Below, piece after piece: positions 50,346-64,000 of a DNA stretch of 64,000 nucleotides. The position numbers were made by a program, and so were the translations under genes. Each line of letters starts with the position of its first letter. Position 1 is the stretch's first letter. The notes beneath the pieces were generated by a model that was not told where the DNA came from, did no database searches, and saw only the letters and a list, made by a program, of their open reading frames with translations. This DNA comes from the human T2T-CHM13v2.0 reference genome, Homo sapiens, in NCBI RefSeq assembly GCF_009914755.1, contig NC_060941.1, one strand, 5' to 3'.

Positions 50346-51563
50346 GCTAATTGTGTTTGCATTTTGTGTGTGGGGGGTGGAGTGTTGCGTTAGGAGGGAG
50401 GAGTGAAGGACTTGCCTTGTCCTGGTGATTTGTTTCAGGTGACAAAGCATGATGACGATTCATAGGCATTCCAGGGAGGCATTTGAGGCAGAGGGCTGCT
50501 GGCTACCCAGCCACACAGCTTTGACAAAGCCACACATCGAGTCTCTACCTTCTTTGCCTCTGGGGCCAGTGGCTGTCCCTCCATGGGCAATCAGTGGCCC
50601 AGGGGTGGCAGTGCTTATGCAGGGTGACTCATACCACTTTTCCTGGGCGCCTTTCCTGACTGGTGGTTTCTCCTGGGCTCTCATAAGCCCTCGGGTGACT
50701 CAGGGCAGAGAATGAGCTCTTTGGCCTGCCCACTTCTGGGGATCCCTCGTGCCAGGGAGGACTGTGAGAAGGGGAGGCTGCCGGGCTCAGCAGGGATTCA
50801 GCTGACAGAAAGAAGACTGTCAGAGAAGATGCTAAGTCTGCCTGGATGACAGAGCCGACCCCAGAGAGGCTGGATTGACGTCCCCCCCCCCCACCTTACT
50901 GCAAACAGAGGCAGAGACTGGAGCCAAGGTTGAGTGAGGCAGGGCCAATGGCCAAAAGGGGTCAGCACACCTGGGGCCTTCAGTTGGCAGGAGCCCTGTG
51001 CAAATCTCCACAGCCCTCCACCCACAGGAACCCAGGCCCACCCAGGCTCATCGGCCTGACACAGAACGGCAGAACGCATAGCACAGCACCCTAGCACGTG
51101 GCACCCAGAAAACACACTTGACGTGCACTCGATACAAGCAAAGCACAAAGATACCACAGGGCACACCCAAAGCCACAACACCTGTCACCCAGGCACTTGC
51201 ATCACACAACAAATGCACATAGACCGCAGAGACACAGAAGCACATGTACAAATAGAACGGCGCCCTCCCCCTTGCCAAGACATCACATGGCACAAGAAAC
51301 AAATGGACCAACACAAGGGAAGGTCCCTGACAGTTTGTCCATTGGCCCTCAGAGGCCGATCTGGAGCAGCTGAGACACCCTTTTCAATCCCCCAGTCTGG
51401 CTTGGGTGCCTTCCTCTCTGTCACCTCTCTCTGTCCCTCCTCTTCTTGCAACAAGTCCACTAGGCCTCTCTAGCACATGGTAGAGAATGTGCTACCACCA
51501 CACCAGGACTGTTGGCTAACTTGTTTGCTTTCCTCTCTTTCCTATCCATTGGATATAAGGTTC

Positions 51564-51850
<287 letters not shown>

Positions 51851-52903
51851 ACATATAAGGTTCTTGAAGGTAGAGTCTGTGTTCTATGTATCTCTGAGTC
51901 TCTGGCACTTTGCAGTGTCTGGGGTATAGGACAGGGTTAGTGTATAACGAATGAATAAATGGATCAAGCTATCCAAATGTGTGTATATTTACAAAAGGAA
52001 ATGTTCAACCTTCATCACTATCAAAGAAATGCAAATTAAAATGAGATGCAATTTTACACCTATTAAATTAACACAAATTAAGAAATATAATTATGACACC
52101 CAGGACTAACACAGTCATGGTCTAGGCATGGCACCCATACATTGCCGGTGGCAGTGTGTAAATTGGGTGCAGCCCCTTTGGAAAACAGTTTGATTGTATG
52201 TATCAAGAGTCATTAAAAGGCTGACAGCCTTTGGTGCAGTGATCGCACCCCTAGGAATTTATCCAAAGGTAATTACCAAAAACAAGAAGGACATTTGCTG
52301 ATGGTCGTTGGAAGTGTCATTTGCCATCACACAAGGCCTTGATTTCAGAACCCAAAATTGGGATACACATTCTGACGCATTGAACTTGAGGATAGCTGGG
52401 AAGAATAGCTGCAGAGAACTGGGAACAGGGGCTGACCATGACTGAATTGGGGACGGCAAAGATAGGGAAGTACATTTCCTGACGTCAGGGCTCTGGCAGG
52501 CATTGTTCACTCCTGTATCCTCGGCTCCTAGTGGAGTATCTGGTACACAGTAGGGTTAAGTGATATATACCTTAATATATTTAATCATGATATATGTTTT
52601 TATTTATTTAGCTAGCACAGATATACATACACTCTGAATAGGATGCTCTGTGGCCATTAAAGTTCATTAATATGCAAACGTGTTTAAGATACAATGTTGT
52701 AAAGAATTGATATTTCTTATTCTGCATAAAAAGGATTTATGTGAAGGGAAACGGAGGTGAAGAGAGGTCAAGCGACTTGCTCATGCCACACAGCCCTGAG
52801 TGGGGCAACCCTGGCCCAAACCCCAGTCTGTTGGACTTAACCACTGGTCTTTGCTGTCTTCAGAACACCCTGAGTTATTCTACTCTGAGGGCCTGAGCTC
52901 TAA

Positions 52904-53310
52904 GGGTCCTGGGTCCTGAAGTCCTGAGGTCCTGAGGTCCTGAGTTCTGAGATCCTGAGGTCTTGAGGTCTTGAGATCCTGAGGTCTTGCGGTCCTGGAT
53001 CCTGAGATCTTGAGGTCCTGAGGTACTGGGTCCTGAGATCCTGAGGTCCTGAGGTCCTGGGTCCTGAGGTCCTGAGATCCTGAAGTCCTGGGTCCTGAGA
53101 TCCTGAGGTCTTGAGGTCCTGGGTCCTCAGGCCCTGAGTTCTTGAAGTTCTGAGGTCCTGAGGTCTTGAGGTCCCAAAGTCCTGAGATCTTGAGGTCCTG
53201 GGTCCTGGATCCTGAGGTTCTGAAGTCCTGTGTTCTGAGGGTCCCATGGCCTGAGGTCCTGAGATCCTGAGATCCTTAGATCCTGTGGTCATGGGTCCTG
53301 AGTCCTGAGG
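52904..53310. repeat. 7/8-bp unit tandem repeat (GAGGTCCT, GGGTCCT, GAGATCCT, GAGGTCTT), about 50 units
   Basis: Direct reading. Confidence 0.93.
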
Positions 53311-54074
53311 TGAAAAGCACTGTTGGGGTGTCTGCTGGAGAAGAGATATTTTCCCATGAGAGTTCCCTTCCTTTGCGAATCCTTAATAATCCGAGCTCCT
53401 TTGTAGACATAAACACACTAGCCTTTCTTAATGATGTATGCATTTCATTGTGATGGGTAAGGTACAGATTTACTTTTGAAAGGTGAATAAATTTGCTTTT
53501 TGTTTTTTCAAGTATGCATTTTCTCAGAGAAAAGATGCTAAAAGGTTGACTACAATTTTGCAAGCGTCCAAGGGATTTTTTGTTGGTACAATAAAATCCT
53601 CACGGTGAAAATGTAGAGAATGCAGATTGAGTGCACTGAACCCAAGGGTGCAGGGGCTGGGGTTACAAGGAGGGAGCAGGAATGTCCCAAGGGGACCCTT
53701 CCATGCAGGGTGAGATACTGGGGTCCCGGTCCTGGGACCAGAGAGCTTCTCCTGGCTGACTGTCCCTCTTGCCTGGAGTCCCGCAGGTGCTGGTGGGGAG
53801 AGTTGGAAAGGCACTCCCATTAGACCTGATTTTCTGTTTTCTGCTTCTGTCAGTGTCTCTGAGGGAGACTTACCTAGGGCTAGTGGGGCTTTGGACTTAA
53901 GAGAGTTTTGCTTCTGATTTGGGAAGAAAGCAGGACTCTCCCTTCTCCCTAAGCCCACCTCATGACCACAGAGTCTCATAGAGTTGTGGAGGAGAGGGTC
54001 CTGGGCACGCTGACTCCTGATACTGGGAGATGTGAGTCATGCCCCACCTCGCTTGAATCAATGTCTTTTTTTAG

Positions 54075-54545
54075 AATTTAAAATATTAAAAAAACTTGGA
54101 AATAATTTTAGATTTACAACAAGGTTTCAAAAATAGTACTGAGTCCCTTTGTACCTTTACCCAGCTTCTCCAAGTGTTATCGTCTTCCATACTCACAGTA
54201 TCATGATCACGACCAGGAATTTAGCATCGATATGATAATCTAACTAATCTGTTCATATTTTGCCAATTGCCTACATTGTGTTTCGTTGTCAAAGTTTCTT
54301 GTTTCCTTCAGTCTGAGATAGTCCTCAGTCTATCTTTTATGGTTTGGAAACTTTTGAAGAATACTGGCCATCTGTTCGGCAGGCTGTCTCCTCACTGTGG
54401 TTTGCCTGATGTTTGCTCACGATTACATTGAGGATTGCCTTTTTGCAAGAATCCTGCAGAAGTGATGCTGTGTCCTCAGTATAGCCTATCAGGAGACACG
54501 CAAAGTCAGTTCATCTTGGTTAAAGTGGTGTCCGCCTGGTTTTTA
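54075..54545 (-). mobile_element. L1MC4/5-type 3' end
   Basis: ggaaataattttagatttaca..., tttgaagaatactggcca, tttgcctgatgtttgctcacgatta. Confidence 0.75.
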
Positions 54546-54564
54546 CACTCGTCTCTACTCTCTC

Positions 54565-54863
54565 TTTTTTTCCTTTGAGACAGGGTTTTGCTCTGTTGCC
54601 CAGGCTGGGGTGCAGTGGCACAATTACCATCACCACGTGCTTTAGCCTTGACCTTTCAGACTCAAGTGATCCTCCCACCTCAGCCTCCCAAGCAGCTGAG
54701 ATTACAGGAACATGCCACCATGCCTGGCTAATTTTTTATTTTTTGTAGAGACGGGGTAACCCTAGGTTGCTTGAGCTTGTCTTGAACTCCTGGGCTCAAG
54801 TGATTCTCCCAGCTCAGTCTCACAAAATGCTGGGATTACAGGTGTGAGCCACCTCACCCGGCC
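54565..54863 (-). mobile_element. AluJ
   Basis: gagacagggttttgc, ctcaagtgatcctcccacc in both arms, ttttgtagagacgggg. Confidence 0.92.
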
Positions 54864-54898
54864 TCTTCCTTTCTTTACCTGTGTAATCCCTCTTCACT

Positions 54899-55202
54899 GG
54901 CTGGGCGCGCAGTGGCTCACGCCTGTAATCTCAGTACTTTGGGAGGCTGAGGCAGGTGGATCACCAGGTCAGGAGTTCAAGACCAGCCTGGCCAAGATAG
55001 TGAAACCCCGTCTCTACTAAAAATACAAAAATTAGCTGGGCATGGTGGTGGGCACCTGTAATCCCAGCTACTAGGGAGGCTGAGGCAGAGAATTACTTGA
55101 ACCCGGGAGGCGGAGGTTGCAGTGAGCCGAGACCGTGTCACTGCACTCCAGCCTGGGCAACAAAGCGAGACTCTATTTCAAAACAAAAACAAAAACAAAA
55201 AA
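54899..55202 (+). mobile_element. AluS, head-to-head with the AluJ
   Basis: Full Alu with (CAAAAA)n tail. Confidence 0.95.
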
Positions 55203-56859
55203 GACTTTCAGCTCCCCTTGTTTATCCTCACTTTATAGTGGGTGGCACAGAGTCTCAGAAAGGTGAGGAAAGCTGCCCAAGGTCACACAGCCAGGACATG
55301 GTCTGCTCCCAAGTCCATGTTTTTCCCTCGTTCTCCAAGATCAAGTCTTGCTCAAAGTCACTGAGAATTTCACTCTGCTGGGACACAAGCCCAAACTCCT
55401 GTGCCACCTCCCTGGAGAGTTGGGAACCAAGGAAATAATGAACATAAAATGTATATAGCGCTTTATAATTGACAAGACTGTCCATCTTTATGGCAGACAC
55501 CTGAGTCAGGTGGCGCTATCTTCATTTCGTAGAAGATGAAGCTGAGGGTGAGGGAGTTTGTGTGTCCTGCTCAAAGTCTCAGCCTGTTTGTGGCAGACCT
55601 GCAATTTTAACCCATGTTGTTCCACTCCAACCCCAACCCTTGACTATGTAGATGCCTCCTTTTTCTCCACCTGGATAGGAGAGTGCTGGTTCCTGGGCAG
55701 GGTGAGGGGTGCTGAGCCCATGAGGGAGAGGATGCTCATCTCTTTTAGAATAACCAAGATCTCTCTGAGTATTACCTATATCCACAGGCGGTGTCTTACA
55801 GGTGATTTGCATGCTTCATAAAAACATAATTTATAGGAATGATAAAATTTTATGTGATTTATAAGACCCGTTAAATGTATGAGGGACCCAGCGGGGCTCA
55901 TGGATCCCTCTGCTGTCTCTGATTTGGCCAATCAGCAGTTGGCCCTTTAGGAAAGGCTGGCCTGAGTGTTGTCCTGGGCTTGGTGTGGCGGTCCCAGCCT
56001 CATGTTGATGAACCAGACAAAGTTCCAGGGATCTGGGGGAGGAAGGGAGACAAGAGGAGGACCCACAGAATCACAAGGCCAGGGTGTGTCTTAGTTGCGA
56101 ACCCTGCAGCGTTGTAGAAGGCCTCCTGGAGGCAGTGGCACTGCCGAGAAATTGTGACATTGGACAGGATTTAAGCAGAGGAAGGTTGGAGTTGCGTGGC
56201 CGTCCCAGTGTTTGCAGGGGTGGGAATGGAGTGTGGGTCTCTAGATTGGGGAAAGGAAGGAAGGCTGGCGTTCTGACAGTTCTTCCTTCTCAGGGAATTG
56301 AAGCCTTAGGCAGGGCTGGTCAGAAGCTCAGTGCCTGCCTAGGACACAGAATTTGAAGACAGGAAGGAATCCGGAAATCCTTGTTATCTGTGGCTGGCAT
56401 GTGCCATAAGACTTCCCCTCATCAGCACCGTAGCCCCCCATATCTGGTAGCAGGAGGAAGGGGATTCTGGTTGAGGAAGAGGGAAGCAGATTAGGCCTTG
56501 CGACTGCCTCCCGTGGCCCTGAGCATTGTGTTATGAGGAATGCTCCATTTGTAAAGGGAAGGGGGGTGCAGGTCTACACCCACAGAAGGTGGACTGGGGT
56601 CATATACCAGAATCTTTCTACAGGCAGATAATGGGACTAGCCCTCTCTCAGCCTTGCAGATAAAAGGTTATGGAATCTTTTGACAATAAAAGAGAGAGAG
56701 ACAGAAGGTCAAGCACCCTGTGACTCTCCGGCGGAAGCAGGAAGAGACAAGGTCGTTGCCTTTCCAGCATGTTCTCTTGGTTTTCAGGCAAAATCTTTTA
56801 GGTCCACCCTACCTGTTCAGAAGCCTGAGCAGCAGGCTGGAGCCCTTTCTTCCTGTGTC

Positions 56860-57715
56860 CCCATATAGACACTCATTTGCGACACTGCTCCCCAGTATAT
56901 GTCACAGACCCTCAAACCTACACGTCCATAATGAGCTCATCACCTTCACCTGAGCCTGCTCCTGTCCTGGGCTCTCAGCTCAGAGGTGACCTCGCTGGCC
57001 CCTAAGCCAGAAACAGAGGCATTTTTCTCTGTCTCCCTTGTCCCTCACCCCCATATTCAATCACCAAGCCCTGCCCTTTTGCCCCTCAAAAATCTCTGGA
57101 ATTTCCCCACCCACTTTTCTATCCACCGTCACTAGCAAAGACATCATGTCTTACCTTGGCCCTTGCATGGCCTAACAGCCTCCCTGTGAGGCCATGGTCG
57201 CTCTACTAGACAATCCTTCACACTGCCCAGCAGCAATCTTTCCCACTCACATCTGGCCCCATGTCTCTCGCTTGCATAAAACTCTTCACTTGCTCCCTGG
57301 TCACCTATGGCATCAAGTCCTAGGCCTTGGGCCTGGCATTCAAGGCCTTTCAGACATGGCTCTGCTGCTTTTTGCAGTATATTCTCCAGCAGTCATCCCC
57401 AGTTGCCTGTTCTATGCCAATGTCACATGTATTTGCCTGAGAACCCCATGTTGTTTCGCTCCCTTTGGCTTTTCCAAATGTAATTGACTCTCCCTAGACA
57501 TGACATCCCAATATGTCTCTCTGGAAAACTCCTATTCATCCTTCAAAACCAACTCTTGTGACACTGCCTCTCTGAAGTACGCCCTGACTTGCTTCACACC
57601 ATTCTGCCCTCTCTACTGTCTGTGCATTAGCACGTGTTGTACCCCACTGTGATTATTTGTTTGCACATCCATTCCCATGGTAGTCTGTGACGTCCTTAAG
57701 GGCAGAGGCCAAATC
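56860..57715 (+). mobile_element. L2 3' region; a second antisense L2 piece lies at about 57830-58270
   Basis: attcaatcaccaagccctg, ggcattcaaggccttt, aactcctattcatccttcaaaacc, ccttaagggcagagg. Confidence 0.75.
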
Positions 57716-58416
57716 TCTCTCTTTTCCTCTTTCCTCCCTTCCCTCCTTTCTGTCCTTCCTCTCCTCCTTCCCTTTCTCTTCTCCCCCTCTTCTCTTTTTC
57801 TTCCTCCCCCTCCGCCAGTCTTAACCTTCCAGCCGTCAGCTCTTTCCTGAGTGCCAACCGACATGCCAGCTCTGCTCTAAAGTTTGCGCATTCTCACAGA
57901 GGTGTTGTCCTTGACAAGGCCCCACATCAATAAATTCCACGGTCCCCTTGGGATGTGAACTGTAACTAGGAGTCGTAGCCAGACAATCTCACAGAAGACG
58001 TGCCCTGAAGAAAGCAGAGTAGCGTATTGCACCTAGAGCAAGCGTCAGGTGGAGAGGGGTGGGGTGGAGGAGGGCTCTGCTGAAGAGGAGCCATTTGGGC
58101 CTGAACAACAAGAGGGATTTGGCTGTGCAAGGAGAGCAAGAGAGAGAACTGCTTGTTCAAAGGCCTTGCGGTGGGGATGAGCTTGGTGCATGGAAAGAGT
58201 AGGCTGGCGAGGCCCAAGAGAAGTGAGCAGGGGAGGTAGGCACAGCCTTGGGAGGTGAGGGCACAGGTCATTCCTAAATCCCTGCCTGTGTCTTGTAATC
58301 CCCCAGCTACATTGAGATCCCAGAACCAGAGCCACTAGCAATCTCACCCTAAGAGGAAGAGAAGGAGAGCCAGGCATGGCTGTCTGCAGTGTGCCTCTCA
58401 CGGATACTTCTTTTAC

Positions 58417-58630
58417 CTGGCGGACAGCCCAGCGCCTAGTTGTCTGACCCGTGATCAAGATGTCCTTCACACGGAAAACTTGTTTATTCTGACAAATGCC
58501 TTGGTGGTTGCTGTGTCCAGTGAATGCCTGCCTGACCATCGCTCGGAGCTGGGAGCTTGTGTTATCCACTGCGTCCCGGGGAAAACCTGCTGGGGCAGCC
58601 CCCGGTTCTTCCTTTCTTCTCTGCAACTGG
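58417..58630 (-). ncRNA. Possible upstream or first exon of the minus-strand transcript (5' limit unknown)
   Basis: Donor CGCCAG|gtaaaaga; non-repeat and locally CpG-retaining; no strong acceptor. Confidence 0.22.
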
Positions 58631-58944
58631 GGTTCTCTGTGTTCAGGGATTACCCAAACCACGGCTTTCTTTGGAGACCAGTGATGGCAAAGCGTTCTCT
58701 TCTGCTCCTGCCAAGTCGCCCTCACTCAGCTCAAGGCCTCTGGCATTCCTTGGAGACTTCTGCTCACTGCTGTTGGAGGAAGATGCTGATTCAGGCCAGA
58801 TTCCATCTTGGGGTGCGTGCCCTTGGTCTTCCTCTGCCCCACACGCTCCTTCCGCAGCTCTGTGCATGGTTGCTCCTGCCTGTCATTCAGGCTTTGGCTC
58901 AGACAGCACTTACTCAAGAGAACTTTTTTGGTAGACGCATAGCT

Positions 58945-59445
58945 TTTAAATTTTTTTTAAATTTTTTAATTTTTTAAACGTAGTATTTTGATTCAGGGGA
59001 TACATGTGCATGTTCGTCACAGGGTATATTGTGTGATGCTGAGGTTTTGGCTTCTATTGATCCTGTCACCCAAAGAGTGAACATAGTCCCCAGCAGGAAA
59101 TTTTTTAACCCTTGCCCCCATCCCTCCCTCTCCCCTTTTGGAGTCTCCTGTATCTGTTATTCCCATCTTTATGTCATGTGTACTCAATGTTTAGCTCCCA
59201 ATTATAAGTGAGAATTTGTGGGATTTGGTTTTCTGTTTCTGTGTTAATTTGCTTAGGATAATGGCCTCCAGCTGCATCCATGTTGTTGCAAAGGACATGA
59301 TTTCATTCTTTTTCATGGCTGCATAGTATTCCATTGTGTATATGTACCACATTTTCTTTATCCAGTCCACTGTCAATGGGCACCTGGGCTGATTCCACAT
59401 CTTTGCTATTGTAATGAGTGCTGCAATGAATATCAGCATGCAGGT
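58945..59445 (-). mobile_element. L1PA15/16-like 3' end
   Basis: ORF2 C-terminal peptide FIAALITIAKMWNQPRCP..WIKKMWYIYTMEYYAA on minus strand plus 3' UTR. Confidence 0.88.
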
Positions 59446-59481
59446 GAGGAGACCTTCTTGATTGCCTTTTCTTTTTCCTTC

Positions 59482-59897
<416 letters not shown>

Positions 59898-60826
59898 CTT
59901 TTCTGAGCGGTGCTCTCGATACTCTTTATCCCCTTGCCTTGTGTTATTTTCCTCCCTGACTCTTCCATCCATGCTTGGGGGATCCACCATTAAAATGCAG
60001 ACTCCTTGAGGGCAGAGACGTGTCTCTTCCGTTTACCCCTATTACTTATCTCCAGCACCCAGAACAGTGTCCAGCGCATAGCAGTGATCCGTAAACATTT
60101 TCTGAGTGAATCTGATGTTTTCCTTTTTTTCCCCCTTTTTAGTGATTAATATGCATGGAATCCTCATCAAAGAGCAGATTGTGTCAAATCCACAGAGTGT
60201 GTGACTCTTGCATGGCTCAGAACTCATTATCTTCCAGCAGCAAGTTGAGAGATTCTTGGACAGAGATTTAAACAAACGCTCACGTTGCCGCTTTGACCCA
60301 GCTAACCTTCCGGCGAGTTCAGAGTCATAAACCATTATTGTCTCTGCAGGCGGGGAGTACTGCGGGCGCCTCTTGGCACCTGGTGCCTCCGTCTGAATTA
60401 GTAGCTCATTCTCTCCATCTGATGCTGGGCCAGGAATGAGAGAGTTTACACTTCCCTGTGTGAGCCTGCTCTTGGCATCTTTAATGGTGTTCTGTGACCA
60501 AAGAGACACACTCAGGGTCAGATAATCTGAAGGCATTTGTTGATTTGGTTTTAGAGCCCAGAAAAACCAGTGAATGAAAAAGACAGGCCCAGGGTGGTGT
60601 GTGGGCCAGCTGGCAGGGCCCGGACCATTGCCCAGGACCCGACTCCTCACCTGGTGTTTTCCCATTGCTCTGGGCTCCTCTGGCCATCCAAAGATGATTC
60701 CCCATTCTCATGGTTTCTGTGCTCATCCCTGCCACTTGGCAGCTGTGGCTTTTCATGAAATTTATGCAGCAAATGGTTTTTTAGTTGTGGTCAAATACAC
60801 AAAACATAAAATTGACCATATTAACC

Positions 60827-61126
<300 letters not shown>

Positions 61127-61898
61127 TCAAGATATATTTTCAATGGGATGTCAAACCTCTAGATTTCCCCAGATGATGAAGACCTTAGTGGGTTTAGGCA
61201 CTCAGAAACTTCAGAGAAAATTCCTTCAGTTTCTTTTTGTGTGCTAGGGAGAACTTTCACACTTCCTGTGGGGCATGAGGTAACCAGGAGCTGTCTGGTG
61301 CTCCTTGGTTGCCACTGGGCACGGAGCCCTGGCATTCAGAGAAGACGGCATGAGGACTAGAGGAGTCAGGAGGGAAGGCAAGGTTCTCTTGGGTGGGGTT
61401 ACCTGCAGGTGAGGGCTTTGAGCCCGGGAAAGCTCCTCTTGTGCCTCTGATTGCCTCTTACACCACCCAACTAGCCCACCTAAGGGAGGGGCAGTGAAAA
61501 TAGGGAAAAGATAACCCTGTCCCTGTTACAGGAATATTGGGGAGGCACAAACTGAGTTTTGTGGGGCCAGGGTCATGTCTCAGCCTAAAGCTGGGGCCAA
61601 TCCACATATCAGGATTTATCCACTGTAGAATTAGCCCTTGACATTGCAGACCTGCCTCAAGCAAAGAAGATGAATGCCAGAGGACAGAGAGGGCCTTTTT
61701 CCCCCTGCATGTCTCAGTGGATAGAAAGGGCAGAGAAGAAAACCCTGGCCTGCTGACAGATCAGCGAGATGGCAGGCAAGGAGGCTGGTCCTGCCCGGGG
61801 TTCAGTACTTTATTTGCTGTCAAGCTTCTTCAGGTGCATTAGTGACTCCTTGATGTTAAATACCTGCTAATTAACAACAGCTGCAATTTGCCTCGCCT

Positions 61899-61927
61899 GG
61901 GATTGTCGGGGGAGGGGGGGCGGGGGG
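61899..61927 (+). other. G-quadruplex motif
   Basis: GGG attgtc GGGGG a GGGGGGG c GGGGGG. Confidence 0.6.
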
Positions 61928-62653
61928 AGTTGACACCTGGGCTGGGAGCTCTCTGTCCCGGGAGACAGGAGGGCATTAGAGAAAGCCACAGGCTGGTGGG
62001 GAACTGTGCAAAGAAATAGTGCCCTGGTGGCTGAGGTGTCCTGTACCATCAGGACTAGCATGGTGATGGTTCAAATTCCAGCGCTGACGTTTGCAAGCGG
62101 TGTGCACTTGGGGAAGTCCCTTCTCTCTGAAACTGGTTATCATCTCCGACATGGGCCTAGTACCGCATAGAGTTACTACAGCCTTAGATGAGATGATGCC
62201 TGCAGAGCTCAGCACAGAGCAGGCTTATTGAAACCCTCAACAGCTGGCTGAGCGGTGTGTTTGAGGAAGTTGTAATAAAGTAGAAAATCTGGTGTTTCTC
62301 CTTCATGTCTATCCTGCCTCAGTTTCTCTTGGTGACCTCCTTTGAATGTACTGATGGCTGCCTCGGTGGCCAATCTTATCTTGGGGCCTTACCCCACTCT
62401 GTATCTTGGTTCCACCAGTTTGAAGAATACTTGGCTGGGAAAAATAGTTTTCTGATCATTAGACTAAAGGTCCAGGGCACTAGGGAAGTCTGCTGTGTGG
62501 CTCTTTTGGGGGTTGGGGGCTGAGGGTGGAGAGGGTGCTGGCAGAGGAGAGGAAAGGAGACATCTGAGTCTGGGGGAGCTTCTTGGAAAATGTGAGCTCT
62601 GAGCCTCCGTTAGAATTCCCAAGGTCTATCCACAAGGATACCCCCATGTCAAC

Positions 62654-63275
62654 TTTTTTTTTCTTTTTAATTTTACTTTAAGTTCTGGGATACACGTGCA
62701 GAATGTGCAGGTTTGTTACGTAGGTATACATGTGCCATAGTGGTTTGCTGCACCTGTCAACCCATCATCTAGGTTTTAAGCCCCGCATGCATTAGGTGTT
62801 TGTCCTAATGCTCTCCCTCCCCTTGCCCCCCACCCACTGGCAGGCCCTGGTGTGTGTTGTTCCCCTCCCTGTGTCCATGTGTTCTCATTGTTCAACTCTC
62901 ACTTATGAGTGAGAACATGCAGTGTTTGGTTTTCTGTTCCTGTGTTAGTTTGCTGAGAATGATGGCTTCCAGCTTCATCCATGTCCCTGCAAAGGACATA
63001 AACCAATTATTTTTTATGGCTGCATAGTATTCCATGGTGTATATGTGCCACATTTTCTTCATCCAGTCTATCATTGATGGGCATTTGATTTGGTTCCAAG
63101 TCTTTGCTATTGTAAATAGTGCTGCAATAAACATACATGTGCATGTGTCTTTATAGTAGAATCATTTATAATCCCTTGTGTATATACCCAGTAATGGGAT
63201 TGCTGAGTCAAATGGTATTTCTGGCTCTAAATCCTTGAGGAATCGCCATACTGTCTTCCACAATAATTGAACTAA
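62654..63275 (-). mobile_element. 5'-truncated L1PA (L1PA7/8-like)
   Basis: Minus-strand MFIAALFTIAKTWNQ.KCPSMIDW.KKMWHIYTMEYYAAIK; ctaggttttaagccccgcatgcattagg. Confidence 0.92.
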
Positions 63276-63563
63276 CTATTAATGAAAGGTCTGAATGAAG
63301 GTGGTAGCAAGAAAAACCTTGGTGCACAGGGTTTCACCATTTCTCTGACACCCTTCTCTCCACTCCAGGCTCTGATTTGATCCTCATAATAGGCCTGTGA
63401 GGTGAGTGTGAAGGAAAGTGGAGGAATTTGTTGTTCAAATAAGTGGAAGTAGCTTCTGTCCCTACGGATGTCTTATGGTTCAACCCTGCATCTGTCTATC
63501 AGCCACACAGCATCTTTCCAATAGATTCCTTTTTGGCTTAAGTTAGAGTAGCTTCTATGGCTT

Positions 63564-63564
<1 letters not shown>

Positions 63565-63606
<42 letters not shown>
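63565..63606. repeat. (AC)~21 microsatellite
   Basis: Direct reading. Confidence 0.97.
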
Positions 63607-63610
<4 letters not shown>

Positions 63611-63916
63611 GTTAACTGACAACCAGTAATGGAAAATCATGTGACTATAGTAAAAGAATCTTACTCCACTTGTAGCCACAGGGTTGAGATTGCAAAAACC
63701 AAACTCAGGGATGGATGTTGCTGTTGCTGCATTATCGTGTCTCACCAGCCTTCACGTGAAGGAAAGGATTTCAGATGGTATCCACTAACAGGAGGAGCAA
63801 ATCTTGGAGCATCTGGAGACATCATCACACCCACATTGACTGCCCTGTCTTGACCTGTTCATTGGTGTTTACTACCAGCTTTGAATAGACCCCAGAGCAT
63901 GAAGAAGTTCTTGCTT

Positions 63917-64000
63917 TAGTTTTCTGTAGTTGCTGTATTGGATTACCGTAAACTCATTGGCTTAAAGCAACACATATTTGTTATCACACAGTTCTGTAGG
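63917..64000 (-). mobile_element. MLT1 LTR end, cut by window edge
   Basis: tggcttaaagcaacacatatttgttatcacacagttctgtagg. Confidence 0.7.

Noticed and set aside
52900-53292. 130-aa TSGPQDLR-repeat ORF
   Set aside because: The minus-strand unit AGGACCTC contains no stop codon in any frame, so the ORF is a trivial consequence of the repeat
54565-55202. Head-to-head Alu pair with 35-bp spacer
   Set aside because: AluJ versus AluS are divergent; ordinary in Alu-dense DNA
58045-58725. 226-aa minus-strand ORF
   Set aside because: Its distal part is L2-derived and shows no family resemblance; splicing its donor to exon A in this frame stops after 9 codons
60042-60665. 207-aa minus-strand ORF
   Set aside because: Ends in antisense L2 sequence; no recognisable domain or supporting exon structure
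62892-63134. ORF with real protein homology (also 59191-59439)
   Set aside because: L1 ORF2 C-terminus in 5'-truncated copies; not host genes

Overview
This is primate, almost certainly human, genomic DNA, judged by the AluY/S/J, L1PA and ERV1 LTR content. Roughly half or more is transposon-derived: about 35 Alus plus L1, L2, L3/CR1, MIR, MLT1 LTRs, MER5A/20/58A, Tigger3/4 and an LTR9B-like LTR. I recognise no protein-coding gene, RNA gene, CpG island or CRISPR array; nearly all listed ORFs are repeat-derived or chance. The best non-repeat signal is a set of minus-strand exon candidates (38480-38608 and 30244-30609, possibly 58417-~58630 and an acceptor near 1985). The first two would splice in frame into a 117-aa ORF and are bracketed by oppositely oriented AluYs. 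Other points of interest are a twin-primed (5'-inverted) Alu, an (AAGGG)18 Alu tail, an LTR with paired octamer sites, a duplicated (TCCA)n block that preserves an Alu empty site, and a palindrome cluster. Repeat subfamily names come from recalled consensus diagnostics. Boundaries of old repeats are approximate (tens of bp). I found no well-supported novel biological system; the transcript hypotheses are inference.
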